In this document: one piece after another, positions 43,591 through 53,900 of the stretch
Layout of the letters: the number at the start of each line of letters is the position of its first letter
Position numbering within the stretch: the first letter of the stretch is position 1
From: Tolypothrix carrinoi HA7290-LM1
GTDB taxonomy: Bacteria > Cyanobacteriota > Cyanobacteriia > Cyanobacteriales > Nostocaceae
Direction: 5' to 3'
DNA length: 64,000 nucleotides
Assembly (NCBI GenBank): GCA_019358935.1
Contig: JAHHIK010000008.1
Span: 52,153 to 116,152 of the forward strand
Made by a program: the position numbers and the translations under genes
The notes under the pieces: generated by a model
Database searches by the model: none
Told to the model about the DNA's origin: nothing
What the model saw: the letters and a program-made list of their open reading frames with translations, nothing else

Positions 43591-44181
43591 CTAATAAAAC
43601 ATTAAGTGTCGTAATAGATATGCTATTACAGTAACGGCGCACACTACAGCTAGTTGACCTGGTAGAGCAAACCAGGAGTATGTGAGGATTGCTTGCATCA
43701 TTAATGGCAGAGTTTCTGTACCTTTCCAATGAAAAATATAGCTGATAATCAAATAACTAATACCGCAAACGTGGACAATTAACAAGCCACAAAAACAGCT
43801 AAACGCCAAAGTTTCTAGTTTAGGTCTAGCTTTAAAAGCTAAGAAGCCACAAATCCAAGCTCCCGGAATAAAGCCCAACAAATAGCCAAACTGAGACTCT
43901 TTGATATAACCGATACCGCCACCATTAGCAAAAACCGGTAACAAAGTCAACCCCATAACTAAATAGGCAATTTGCGATAGCGCACCCGCATTTTTGCCTC
44001 CTAAACAACCTACCAGCAGCACTGCGCCAATTTGATATTTAACACCTAAAGAAAAAGTCTCAATTCCATGCTGACTCCAACTCCAAGGTAAAGTGATACC
44101 ATAAGCCTCTAGGAAGGTGCCACCTATTGTCAGGAGTAAGCCAATCATCGACCATAGTAATTGATTGGAAGCAGCAAACAT
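43591..44181 (-). CDS. bioY: Biotin transporter BioY
   Basis: QIGAVLLVGCLGG, AYLVMGL..LPVFANGGG..FGYLLGF. Confidence 0.9.
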   Translation of the reverse strand: MFAASNQLLWSMIGLLLTIGGTFLEAYGITLPWSWSQHGIETFSLGVKYQIGAVLLVGCLGGKNAGALSQIAYLVMGLTLLPVFANGGGIGYIKESQFGYLLGFIPGAWICGFLAFKARPKLETLAFSCFCGLLIVHVCGISYLIISYIFHWKGTETLPLMMQAILTYSWFALPGQLAVVCAVTVIAYLLRHLMFY

Positions 44182-44960
44182 TTACAAGGCAATAGTGAAA
44201 AGCAACGAACTGTACGAGTATTAATACTTATAGCGGTATGTGCTGATTTACGAAGTAGCACATTTTCTAAATGCCTTTTGGGAATAGATGCTTTCACAGG
44301 GAGCGAACAGTGCCATCATTCCCATATGAGCTTTGAAAACGCTCAGGCTTGCGGTTTCTCGTAGTTATAATTCTTTTATTAATTAAGAATAATTTATAAC
44401 TTATTTAGCAATTAGCGCTTTTGGCTTGCGATAGTTAAAAAGCAAACAAGCGCCCGCCTGGGCGCGATCGCCGTTCTTCAAATAAATATTTTACATTATA
44501 CCATATAAAGCCATCAATTTTTCAAAAAACGGTAGTGCGATCGCCTATTTATTTTATTTCGTGTTTGAGCGACCATTTATGTCAACTTCGTAACAAAACT
44601 TGAGGAAGTCGGACTTAACAACAAAATAAATGCACTTGCAAAAAGTTGAAATTTCAAACTTAATAGTATTAATAAAGTGAAGCTCTTCATCTGCATTCAT
44701 CCGCTACAGGGTGCGGTTAATTATTTTGTACCTGGATTGCGCTTTTATACTCATAAACCCGGTTTCTTGTAGAAACCGGGTTTATCTTGGTTACGTTTAT
44801 TTATTTCCAAGTGCTTAGATTTGTCTAAAATTCCCGCTTTCGCACGCTGACTTGAATATGTACTAGAAATATTATTGTTATATTTTATACTTTTTATATC
44901 ACTAAATGGGATGATTTAATTTTTGATTTTTCGATAAACAACCTAAGTATTTTTTACTTT

Positions 44961-44979
44961 GTTAACCTTGTGTTTACCT
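44961..44979 (+). promoter_or_regulatory. Cyanobacterial Pho box (SphR/PhoB site)
   Basis: GTTAACCT-tgt-GTTTACCT, an 11-bp-period repeat just upstream of pstS. Confidence 0.7.
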
Positions 44980-45022
44980 TAAAGCGGTATCTTAAAAGCG
45001 CTACCTGAAAAATTACATAAAA

Positions 45023-46210
45023 TTGACAGCGATGCTATCACGGCTAAATGTAATCAAAAGTAATCGCCTAACAGCTTCAATCTCAGTGTTAGCACTCTCC
45101 ATGAGCCTAGCAGCTTGCGGTGGACAGCAAACCGCAGAAAATCCAGGTGCTACTTCTGGTACTGCTACTGAGACTACTGCTTCTAGCCCTGGCAAATTGG
45201 ATTTGGGTGGAAACGTAACCTTAACTGGTGCCGGTGCATCTTTCCCCGCACCGCTGTACCTAAGTTGGTTCGATGCGTTAAACAAAAAATACCCAACCCT
45301 GAAAGTAAACTATCAGTCAGTTGGTAGCGGCGCTGGTGTTGAGCAATTTACCAAAGGTACTGTAGACTTTGGTGCTAGCGACGTAGCGATGAAGGATGAA
45401 GAAATCAGCAAGATACCAGCCGATCAAGGTGTACTTTTGCTGCCAATGACTGCTGGTAGCATTGTTATGGCTTATAATTTGCCAGATGTTCCAGAGCTGA
45501 AGCTACCACGAGCAGTTTACACAGATATTTTACTCGGCAAAATTAAGTCTTGGAACGATCCGAAAATTGCTGCTGCAAACCCAGGTGCAAAACTTCCCAA
45601 TCAACCAATCACAGTTATTTATCGTTCTGATGGTAGCGGTACTACAGGTGTGTTTACAAAACACCTCAGCGCTATCAGCCCAGAATGGAAAACAAAAGTT
45701 GGCGATGGCAAAAGTGTAAAATGGCCCGTGGGAGTTGGTGCAAAGGGTAATGAAGGCGTTACAGCTCAAGTTACACAAACTCAAGGTTCAATTGGTTACA
45801 CTGAGTACGGCTATGCTAAACAAAATGGACTCAAGTTTGCTGCATTGGAAAACAAGGCTGGCAAAATAGTTGTAGCTGACGATCAGTCCGCGGCAAAAAC
45901 CTTAGAATCAGTAACCTTACCAGCAGACTTGCGTGCCTTTATTAGCGATCCAGAAGGTGCAGATTCTTATCCTATCGTTACCTACACTTGGCTTCTTGCT
46001 CATAAAAAATATGCTGATGCAGCAAAAGCTAAAGCTGTAGAAGCCATGATTGAATACGGTTTAACTGAAGGTCAAAAGCAGGCTGTAGAACTAGGATATG
46101 TTCCTCTACCTGCAACGGTGGTTACTAAAGTAGCAGCAGCAGCCGATGCCATCAGCCCAGATTATAAAATAGCTGTTGGAGCTACCAATAATAACAGCGC
46201 TAGCAAATAA
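45023..46210 (+). CDS. pstS: Phosphate ABC transporter substrate-binding lipoprotein
   Basis: Lipobox LAAC, GAGASFPAPLY, YQSVGSGAG, DFGASD, RSDGSGTT. Confidence 0.98.
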   Translation: MTAMLSRLNVIKSNRLTASISVLALSMSLAACGGQQTAENPGATSGTATETTASSPGKLDLGGNVTLTGAGASFPAPLYLSWFDALNKKYPTLKVNYQSVGSGAGVEQFTKGTVDFGASDVAMKDEEISKIPADQGVLLLPMTAGSIVMAYNLPDVPELKLPRAVYTDILLGKIKSWNDPKIAAANPGAKLPNQPITVIYRSDGSGTTGVFTKHLSAISPEWKTKVGDGKSVKWPVGVGAKGNEGVTAQVTQTQGSIGYTEYGYAKQNGLKFAALENKAGKIVVADDQSAAKTLESVTLPADLRAFISDPEGADSYPIVTYTWLLAHKKYADAAKAKAVEAMIEYGLTEGQKQAVELGYVPLPATVVTKVAAAADAISPDYKIAVGATNNNSASK

Positions 46211-46444
46211 CGATCGCGAAAAGTCAACAGTCCATAGTTGTAGAGACGCAAGGGTATCGCGTCTGTACGAGTCAATAGTCTTGAGTCGAAAGTCCAAAGA
46301 GTCAAGAGTTAAGAGTCCAAAACCAATGACCAATGACCAATGACTATTGACTATTGACCATTGACTATTGACCACTAACCATTGACCATTGACTAATAAA
46401 GGTTCGCTCCCGCATTTTCGCAACGATTTGATTTTTGCGTTCGT

Positions 46445-47395
46445 ATGACTACACAACCCCAGAATCCTCCATCAGGACTTAGACAACGCTCAGAAGTAGA
46501 AAAGTCACTAGATAGTGGCTTTGTTTGGCTGACTCGGATTTTTGCTTTTGCGATCGCCTTTACTTTATTATGGATAGCAGGGCAAGTATTCGTAGGAGCT
46601 ATCCCAGCAATCCAAAAGTTTGGTCTGAGTTTCTTAGGTAAAAGCGCTTGGAACCCAGTCAATGACGATTATGGCGTACTGCCTCAAGTTTACGGAACTC
46701 TCATGAGTTCGTTTATCGGTTTGTTGATAGCTGTACCCATTGGTGTTGGTACCGCTGTTATCCTCAGCGAAAATTTTCTCCCACCTAAAGTCAAGCTGGT
46801 ACTAGTTTTCTTAGTAGAACTGCTAGCAGCAATTCCCAGCGTTGTCTACGGCATATGGGGTATTTTCGTCTTGGTTCCCCCCTTAACCAGCTTCGGAAAA
46901 TGGCTGAATGCTTCCTTTGGCTTTTTGCCAATTTTTAGCAGTCCTCCTACAGGTCCAAATTTATTGGTTGCGGGATTTATCCTCGCGATTATGACTTTGC
47001 CAATTATTACCGCAATTTCCCGCGATGCGTTGATTTCCGTACCTCCTAGCTTGCGACAAGCAGCTATTGGACTGGGTGCAACTCGCTGGGAAACAATTTT
47101 GAAAGTTCTCATCCCAGCAGCTTTTTCTGGGATTGTCGGTGCTGTGATGCTTGCACTCGGTCGGGCAATGGGCGAAACTATGGCTGTCACCATGTTGATT
47201 GGTAACTCCAACAATATTAGTACCTCGCTATTTGCCCCAGCGAACACGATTTCTTCTCTACTGGCAAACCAATTCGCTGAAGCTAGTGGTTTACAAGTTG
47301 GCGCTTTAATGTATGCTGCTTTAGTACTATTTGTTTTGACGCTGATTGTCAACATCTTGGCAGAGTTAGTTGTTCTTCGAGTCAAGCGGCTGTAA
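46445..47395 (+). CDS. pstC: Phosphate ABC transporter permease
   Basis: ELLAAIPSVVYGIWG, LGATRWETI, GRAMGETMAV. Confidence 0.97.
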   Translation: MTTQPQNPPSGLRQRSEVEKSLDSGFVWLTRIFAFAIAFTLLWIAGQVFVGAIPAIQKFGLSFLGKSAWNPVNDDYGVLPQVYGTLMSSFIGLLIAVPIGVGTAVILSENFLPPKVKLVLVFLVELLAAIPSVVYGIWGIFVLVPPLTSFGKWLNASFGFLPIFSSPPTGPNLLVAGFILAIMTLPIITAISRDALISVPPSLRQAAIGLGATRWETILKVLIPAAFSGIVGAVMLALGRAMGETMAVTMLIGNSNNISTSLFAPANTISSLLANQFAEASGLQVGALMYAALVLFVLTLIVNILAELVVLRVKRL

Positions 47396-47409
47396 ATAAT
47401 TGATGTTAT

Positions 47410-48318
47410 ATGGCTTCTACTAATTTTTCCAAAAATTCTCCCAGCGGATACAGCAGCGGCAGTCTAACTCGCACTGCTTCGTCTCCCCGGACGATGTTCA
47501 ACACAATCATGACCGTTGTCGCTTTTATTTGTGCGGTAATGGCGATTATACCGCTGGTTGCGGTGCTAGGTTACGTTATCTTTCAAGGCTTTAGTAGTCT
47601 TAATATCAGTGTATTTACTGAACTGCCACCGCCTCCTTTAAGAAAAGGTGGCGGCTTTGGTAATGCCATTTTGGGAACAATTTTAATGGTAGGAATCGCC
47701 GCAGCAATTAGCATTCCTTTGGGAGTGATGGCGGCAATTTATTTAACAGAGTTTAGCTCTGGCAAGACAGCGCGGGTCATACGTTTTGCTACCAACGTTC
47801 TCAGTGGAGTTCCGTCAATTATTGCCGGGGTATTTGCTTACGGGATTGTCGTTTTGACATTGACTAAGCTGGGGTTAGGTTCTTACTCAGCTTTGGGCGG
47901 AGGCGCTGCTCTGTCAATTTTGATGTTACCGATTATCGTGAGAACTACGGATGAAGCTTTACAATTAGTATCACAAGATTTGCGACAAGCAGCTGTAGGT
48001 ATTGGCGCAACTAAGTTTCAAACAGTATCGCAGGTAGTGTTACCAGCAGCTTTACCAGCAATTGTCACCGGCTCGACGCTAGCGATCGCCCGCGCATCTG
48101 GAGAAACAGCACCACTACTTTTTACGGCTTTATTTTCTCCATTCTGGCCCGATGGCTTATTCAAACCCACAGCTTCCCTTGCTGTTTTGGTTTACAATTA
48201 TGCTATATCTCCATTTAAAAATTGGCAGTCACTAGCTTGGGCAGCTTCTTTAATATTAGTGCTGTTGGTTTTATTAACCAGCATTATCACTCGTTGGGCG
48301 ACTCGTCAGAAAGTTTAG
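47410..48318 (+). CDS. pstA: Phosphate ABC transporter permease
   Basis: AAIYLTEF, LSGVPSII, ARASGETAPLLFT. Confidence 0.97.
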   Translation: MASTNFSKNSPSGYSSGSLTRTASSPRTMFNTIMTVVAFICAVMAIIPLVAVLGYVIFQGFSSLNISVFTELPPPPLRKGGGFGNAILGTILMVGIAAAISIPLGVMAAIYLTEFSSGKTARVIRFATNVLSGVPSIIAGVFAYGIVVLTLTKLGLGSYSALGGGAALSILMLPIIVRTTDEALQLVSQDLRQAAVGIGATKFQTVSQVVLPAALPAIVTGSTLAIARASGETAPLLFTALFSPFWPDGLFKPTASLAVLVYNYAISPFKNWQSLAWAASLILVLLVLLTSIITRWATRQKV

Positions 48319-48473
48319 TCAGTAGCGCGAATTGATATCATTACAGAATTTGGAAAAATAATTGTGGATTGACATCTTCCTATGGGAAGATTTTGACATA
48401 GCGATGGAAATATTTCAGCCTAACTGACGATGGGTGCTTACAACCCTGTTTTACAAAACTTAAACCTTCCTTT

Positions 48474-49280
48474 ATGACTACTAACATTGATACGGTAAAA
48501 GACACGGACACAGTATTGCGGACGGAGGGTGTGAACGTTTATTACGGCGATTTCCTAGCTGTAAAAAACATTTGGCTAGATATCCCGAAAAACAAGGTGA
48601 CAGCCTTTATTGGTCCCTCTGGCTGTGGTAAAAGTACTTTGTTGCGATGCTATAACCGCTTAAACGATTTAATTGACAGCTTCCGGGCAGAAGGGAAAAT
48701 TTTTTATTGTGGTAAGAATTTATACGCCCCAGACATCGATCCGGTAGAAGTGCGGCGCCGGATTGGAATGGTGTTTCAAAGACCAAACCCATTTCCGAAA
48801 TCAATTTATGACAATATCACTTTTGGCGCAAAAATTAACGGCTACAAAGGTGATATGGATGAATTGGTAGAAACCAGTCTGAGAAAAGCAGCTTTGTGGG
48901 ATGAAGTTAAAGATAAACTCAAGCAAAGTGGTTTATCTTTGTCGGGTGGACAACAGCAACGCTTGTGTATTGCGCGAGCGATCGCTGTACAGCCAGATGT
49001 TATCCTCATGGATGAACCTTGTTCGGCACTTGACCCGCTTTCCACCCTCAGAGTTGAAGAACTGATTACCGAACTCAAAGAGCAATATAGCATCATCATC
49101 GTCACCCACAACATGCAACAAGCAACACGGGTGTCAGATGTAACAGCATTTTTCAACGTTGAACCCACAGAAAAAGGCGCTCGTATGGGCTATTTGGTGG
49201 AGTACGACAAAACAGAATTAATTTTCAATGACCCCAAGCAGAAAGCAACCCAAGAGTACATTAGCGGTCGTTTCGGTTAA
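48474..49280 (+). CDS. pstB: Phosphate ABC transporter ATP-binding protein
   Basis: [39 protein letters not shown]. Confidence 0.98.
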   Translation: MTTNIDTVKDTDTVLRTEGVNVYYGDFLAVKNIWLDIPKNKVTAFIGPSGCGKSTLLRCYNRLNDLIDSFRAEGKIFYCGKNLYAPDIDPVEVRRRIGMVFQRPNPFPKSIYDNITFGAKINGYKGDMDELVETSLRKAALWDEVKDKLKQSGLSLSGGQQQRLCIARAIAVQPDVILMDEPCSALDPLSTLRVEELITELKEQYSIIIVTHNMQQATRVSDVTAFFNVEPTEKGARMGYLVEYDKTELIFNDPKQKATQEYISGRFG

Positions 49281-49308
49281 AAATTGCATCCCGATAATTC
49301 AACGTATT

Positions 49309-49338
49309 GTAGAGACGTTCTACACCGAACGTCTCTAC
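49309..49338. repeat. GTAG-type REP-like palindrome (other copies at 46240-46268 and 59475-59504)
   Basis: gtagagacgttc-tacacc-gaacgtctctac. Confidence 0.75.
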
Positions 49339-49368
49339 GATTCATACCACGGTATGTTGTATCTACAA

Positions 49369-49439
49369 AGCGGGCGGCGGGAATCGAACCCGCATTATTA
49401 GCTTGGAAGGCTAAAGTTTTACCACTAAACTACGCCCGC
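49369..49439 (-). tRNA. trnG: tRNA-Gly (anticodon TCC)
   Basis: GCGGGCGTAGTTTAGTGGTAAAACTTTAGCCTTCCAAGCTAATAATGCGGGTTCGATTCCCGCCGCCCGCT; cloverleaf, CCA not encoded. Confidence 0.97.
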
Positions 49440-49500
49440 AAGTTTCCAACCTCCATAATATAACACAATGCGTGGTAATAGTTCAAGCAATTAATCAAAA

Positions 49501-50778
49501 TTAACGCCGCTGTATTTTGACCCGGACAAAGCGATTAGCAAAATCTGGTACTGGTGTACCATTTGTGGAGCGAGCAGGCTGAAATTTTTCGCCTTGGAAA
49601 ATAGAGTTAGCGAATTCCTCATATTTGCTTTCTTGTCCTGGTGGTATCGCCTGATATACAGTAATTTCAGGCTGTACAATACCATTTTTGTCAATCACCA
49701 AGCTAGCCAAAAACTCTCCCTCTGGAAGGTCTGTTGAATCAATTTGTTTCTCCTTAATGCCCCGATATTCGGGTAGAATCAAACCTTCGGGTAAAGGACT
49801 TCGCATCAAACTTCTCTGTTCTTCTCGACTTAAAAAACCCCAACTAGCTATTATTCCTCCTCCTGTTGAAGGTTGAGGAGTTTTGCGGGTAGGAGGAATT
49901 TGCTCTTCTTCACCGATTGGCTGACGTGGAGTTTTCCGACTTGAAATTGGTGAATCTTCACCAATTGGCTGACGTGGAGTTTTCCGACTTGAAATTGGTG
50001 AATCTTCACCAATTGGCTGACGTGGAGTTTTCCGACTTGGAATTTGCTCTTCTTCACCAATTGGCTGAGGTGGAGTTCTCCGACTGGGAATTTGCTCTTC
50101 TTCCCCAATTGGCTGACGTGGAGTTCTGCGACTTTGAGTTGGTGAATCTTCCCCAATTGGCTGACGTGGAGTTCTCCGACTTTGAGTTGGTGAATCTTCC
50201 CCAATTGGCTGAGGTGGTTCAACTGGTGTAAATTTTGGTAACGGTGTCGGCTTTCCTAAACTGATTCTTTCACGCTCGCGTTTCCAACGAAGATTACCAA
50301 GTGAATTTGTCGGTGTTGCTGTGGGTGTGGGTGTTGGTGTTGGTGTGGGTGTTGGTGTGGGTGTGGAAACTGATTGTTTAGGAACGAGTTGAGTATTAGA
50401 TTTAGAGACAAAAGTGTTTCTTTTTCTTTGTTGACGACTTGCACCAAAATTTATCCCGCCAGAATTTTCATTTTTTGGCGTGACTGTTGAAGATTGTTGA
50501 TTTGCTGAAGGTGGAGAGACTGTTTTAACGTTTAATTGTGGTTTTGCTGGTTTAGCTTTTGATGAGGAAGGAGAAATCTCGATAATCTCAATCGGAACAA
50601 TTGCTTGACTATCTCGTGGAAACCACAGACCAAACGCATTATTATAGCGCATTAGCCAGAACACCAGCAAATGCAAAGCAACTGAACTCGTGACTACAGC
50701 AATCCACAAACCCGGCGGATCGTTGTGTCGCCTTGATGTTACATCTTTTATTGCAGTTTGGTCAACCGATTGAGTCAT
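49501..50778 (-). CDS. Membrane-anchored Pro-rich repeat protein (TonB-like architecture)
   Basis: N-terminal TM with SVALH, PT run, about 7 x 16-aa repeats (48-bp units at about 49880-50215), C-terminal globular domain. Confidence 0.75.
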   Translation of the reverse strand: MTQSVDQTAIKDVTSRRHNDPPGLWIAVVTSSVALHLLVFWLMRYNNAFGLWFPRDSQAIVPIEIIEISPSSSKAKPAKPQLNVKTVSPPSANQQSSTVTPKNENSGGINFGASRQQRKRNTFVSKSNTQLVPKQSVSTPTPTPTPTPTPTPTATPTNSLGNLRWKRERERISLGKPTPLPKFTPVEPPQPIGEDSPTQSRRTPRQPIGEDSPTQSRRTPRQPIGEEEQIPSRRTPPQPIGEEEQIPSRKTPRQPIGEDSPISSRKTPRQPIGEDSPISSRKTPRQPIGEEEQIPPTRKTPQPSTGGGIIASWGFLSREEQRSLMRSPLPEGLILPEYRGIKEKQIDSTDLPEGEFLASLVIDKNGIVQPEITVYQAIPPGQESKYEEFANSIFQGEKFQPARSTNGTPVPDFANRFVRVKIQRR

Positions 50779-50905
50779 ATTAGATAAGTGGTAATTGGTA
50801 ATTGGTAATTGGTAATTGGTAAAAAAATATTCACCACTAACTCCTAACTCCTAACTCCTAACTCCTAACTCCTACTCCTAACCACTAACTCCTAACCACT
50901 ATCGA

Positions 50906-53900
50906 TTATCGACTAACTGTTACTTCTGGTTTGACAGCAAACGTCAGAACTGTTTCATCTATTCCTTTAAGTTCTAGCGGACTACCTTTAATGATTTCAT
51001 CTTCATCCAAATAATCTGCAACCGCAGCAGAAACGAGGATAGTACCAGGAACAGCAGCAACTTGCAATCTGGAGGCAATATTCACAGAAGGACCGATCGC
51101 AGTATAATCGGCACGTTCGGCGCTACCAAACATCCCGACAACTGCTGTACCTTGGTGAATACCACAGCGAAACTGTAAGCCATTACGTCCGTCGGAGTCA
51201 AATATACCTTGTTCTCGCCAACGCTGGTTTAATTCACTCAATGAACGATGCATTCCTCTTGCTGTGTTGATCGACCGACGCACCTGTTCATTAGGCGTTA
51301 GTTCTTCCGGCGCTCCATATAAAGCTAAGATAGCATCTCCCATAAATTTATCGATGGTACCGCCATTCTCAAAGACCACTTTGGTCATTGATTCTAAATA
51401 TTCATTAAGCAATTCCGCTACACGTCGCGACCTGAGGGTGTTTGATAGTTGAGTAAAACCCACAATGTCACTAAACAAAACTGTAATCAAACGCGGTTCT
51501 GGTCGCAAATCCAAAACTAAATCTCCGGTTGCGGCTTTTTGCACCAACGCACTTGGTAAAAAGCGCTTAAGCACCGATTCTGTTAGGTAAGTATTTAACT
51601 CCAAAACTCGGCGTTCATTTTCTTTCAAAGCTAAGAGATTTCGCACCTCAGCCAGAAGTTCGCGATCGTTAAATGGTTTAGCTAAATAAGCATCTGCACC
51701 TTTTTCTGTACCTTCGATGCGGGTTTCTTCATCAACTTTCGCCGTTAACAGGATAATTGGAATTCCTTTCAACTTTTCTTCGTTGCGAATCATGCGAATC
51801 ATCTCCATACCTGACACCAAAGGCATCATCAAGTCGCTGACAATTAGGCGTGGTATTATTTCCTTAGCCATCAGAAATCCTTCGGAACCGTTACGCGCTG
51901 TATGCACTCGATAGCCGTTGGCGCGGAGAATTTCTGATACATAAGTCCGCAAATCTGGGTTATCATCTACGACCAAAATTGATTCGCCAATTTTCAGTTC
52001 ATTTTCTTGAGTGTTAACACTATTTAATAAGTCTTTTTTAATATTTTCAAATTCTTCTATTGATTGTAATTCTAAATCAGCTAATTCAACGTTAGCGCGG
52101 CTGATGTTCAATTCACAAGGCGCTTCTAGCAACTGTTCTGTAGGTAGATGAGCGCCTCCGCTGACCAGCCATAAGCTAAAGGTAGTACCTTTGCCGTAAA
52201 CTGATTCTACAGTGACTTTACCGCCGTGCATTTCCACGAGTTCTTTGACCAAAGCCAAACCTAAGCCGCTACCTTCATAAGAGCGATTTTCAGTTCCTTC
52301 AGCTTGGCGAAAGCGTTCAAATAAGTGGGGAATTTGTTCAGTAACAATGCCAATTCCCGTATCTTGTACTTGCAATCTACAGCGATCGCCTTGAGATTGC
52401 AATCTCACAGTAATACTACCACCTATGTCTGTAAATTTCATGGCATTCGACAGCAGGTTATAAAGTACTTTGTCGAATTTTTCCATATCTAAGTACACTG
52501 TAGGAGATGCTTCTAGTTCGGTAATCAGATTCAGTCCCTTTTTCTCGCAATAGGGACGAAACGATTCGACAATTTGGTTGACAAATTCAACTAAATCGCA
52601 GGGACGGAAACTAGGCTGCATTCTTCCAGCATCCAGACGTTGCAAATCGAGTAGTTGATTTACCAGTCTTAGCAAGCGTCTGGAGTTGCGTAAGGCGATC
52701 GCACTTTGGGCATATGATAACCCTTCTTTTGTCGCTACCGCTGATTCTAGGGGTCCTTGAATTAAGGTTATAGGCGTGCGGAACTCGTGAGAAATATTTT
52801 GGAAAAATTCGGTTTTTTGTTTGTCTAATTGCAGCAAGCGTTCAGCTTGTTCGCGAGTTTTTTGGTATAAATGTGACTGCTGTACAGCGATCGCTGCTTG
52901 AGCTGCGACAGAAGAAGCTAACTCAATTTCTGTAGGCAGCCACTTGCGCGATCTGCTATCTTGACGCAGAGTAATACTACCGATGCTTTTGCCATCAGCC
53001 AGTAAAGGAACCACCATGAGCGATCGCGCTTTTCCTCTTAAGGGCAAATCAAACCCCTTGATTTCTGGCGGAGACTGGCTCATATCCGTAATTACCACAG
53101 GTTCTTGTGTCCGCAACATTTCTTGCAGAATTGGATTAGAGTGAATCGGTGACTGAGATTGAGGTAATTCCTGATTGTCTATGTAATTATGACTACCTGT
53201 CTCCCAAGGATGATCTAGTTTGAAAGAATCCTCTGAACTGTAAGAACTTTCATACAAGCCCACACACTTGACATACTCATCTTCCTCTGTCCACAAAGAC
53301 AAAACACAGCCATCGACTTGCAAGGCTTGTCCTAATTGTTGGGTGATCGCTGCAAAAATATCTTCAGGATCTAAGCTAGAGCGAATCGCGCTCGTAATCG
53401 TATTGATTAGCGATTCCCGTTTCGCCAAAGCACGCACTTGCTCGTAAGCATAAGCTTGAGACAAAGCTAAAGCTGCCTGATCCGCCACCATCACCACTAA
53501 CTGCACCTCGTCTGTTGACCACAAACGGGGCTGCTTGCACTGATGCAGCGCCAGCACCGCCATAAGTTCTTGTCGGCAAATCAGTGGAACTACCAAGCTA
53601 GAGCAAATTTTAGCTGTAGCAAAAGCAGCAGCGCGACTTAATAGCTCGGCAGTATCGCCCTGAATACGCTCATCTTTTGCAACATCATGAATCACCTGCA
53701 CTTCCCGGATTTCCCATACTGTCTGCGCTAGTAGAGGGGGATGGGAAGAGGGGGGAAGGGGGAGCCAGTGCGTTGCGGAGCCAGCGCTGTGCGGAGGTTC
53801 CCTCCGTTGAGGCGACTGGCGTGGGGTTCCCCCCGTTGTAGCACCTGGCGTGGGAGTGGGGGAGAGGGTGATGGGGAGAGGGGGGGATGGGGAGAAAGAA

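Noticed and set aside
49369..49439. tRNA-Gly as an island attachment site
   Set aside because: No integrase and no duplicated tRNA 3' end were seen; the flanks are pstB and a likely core gene.
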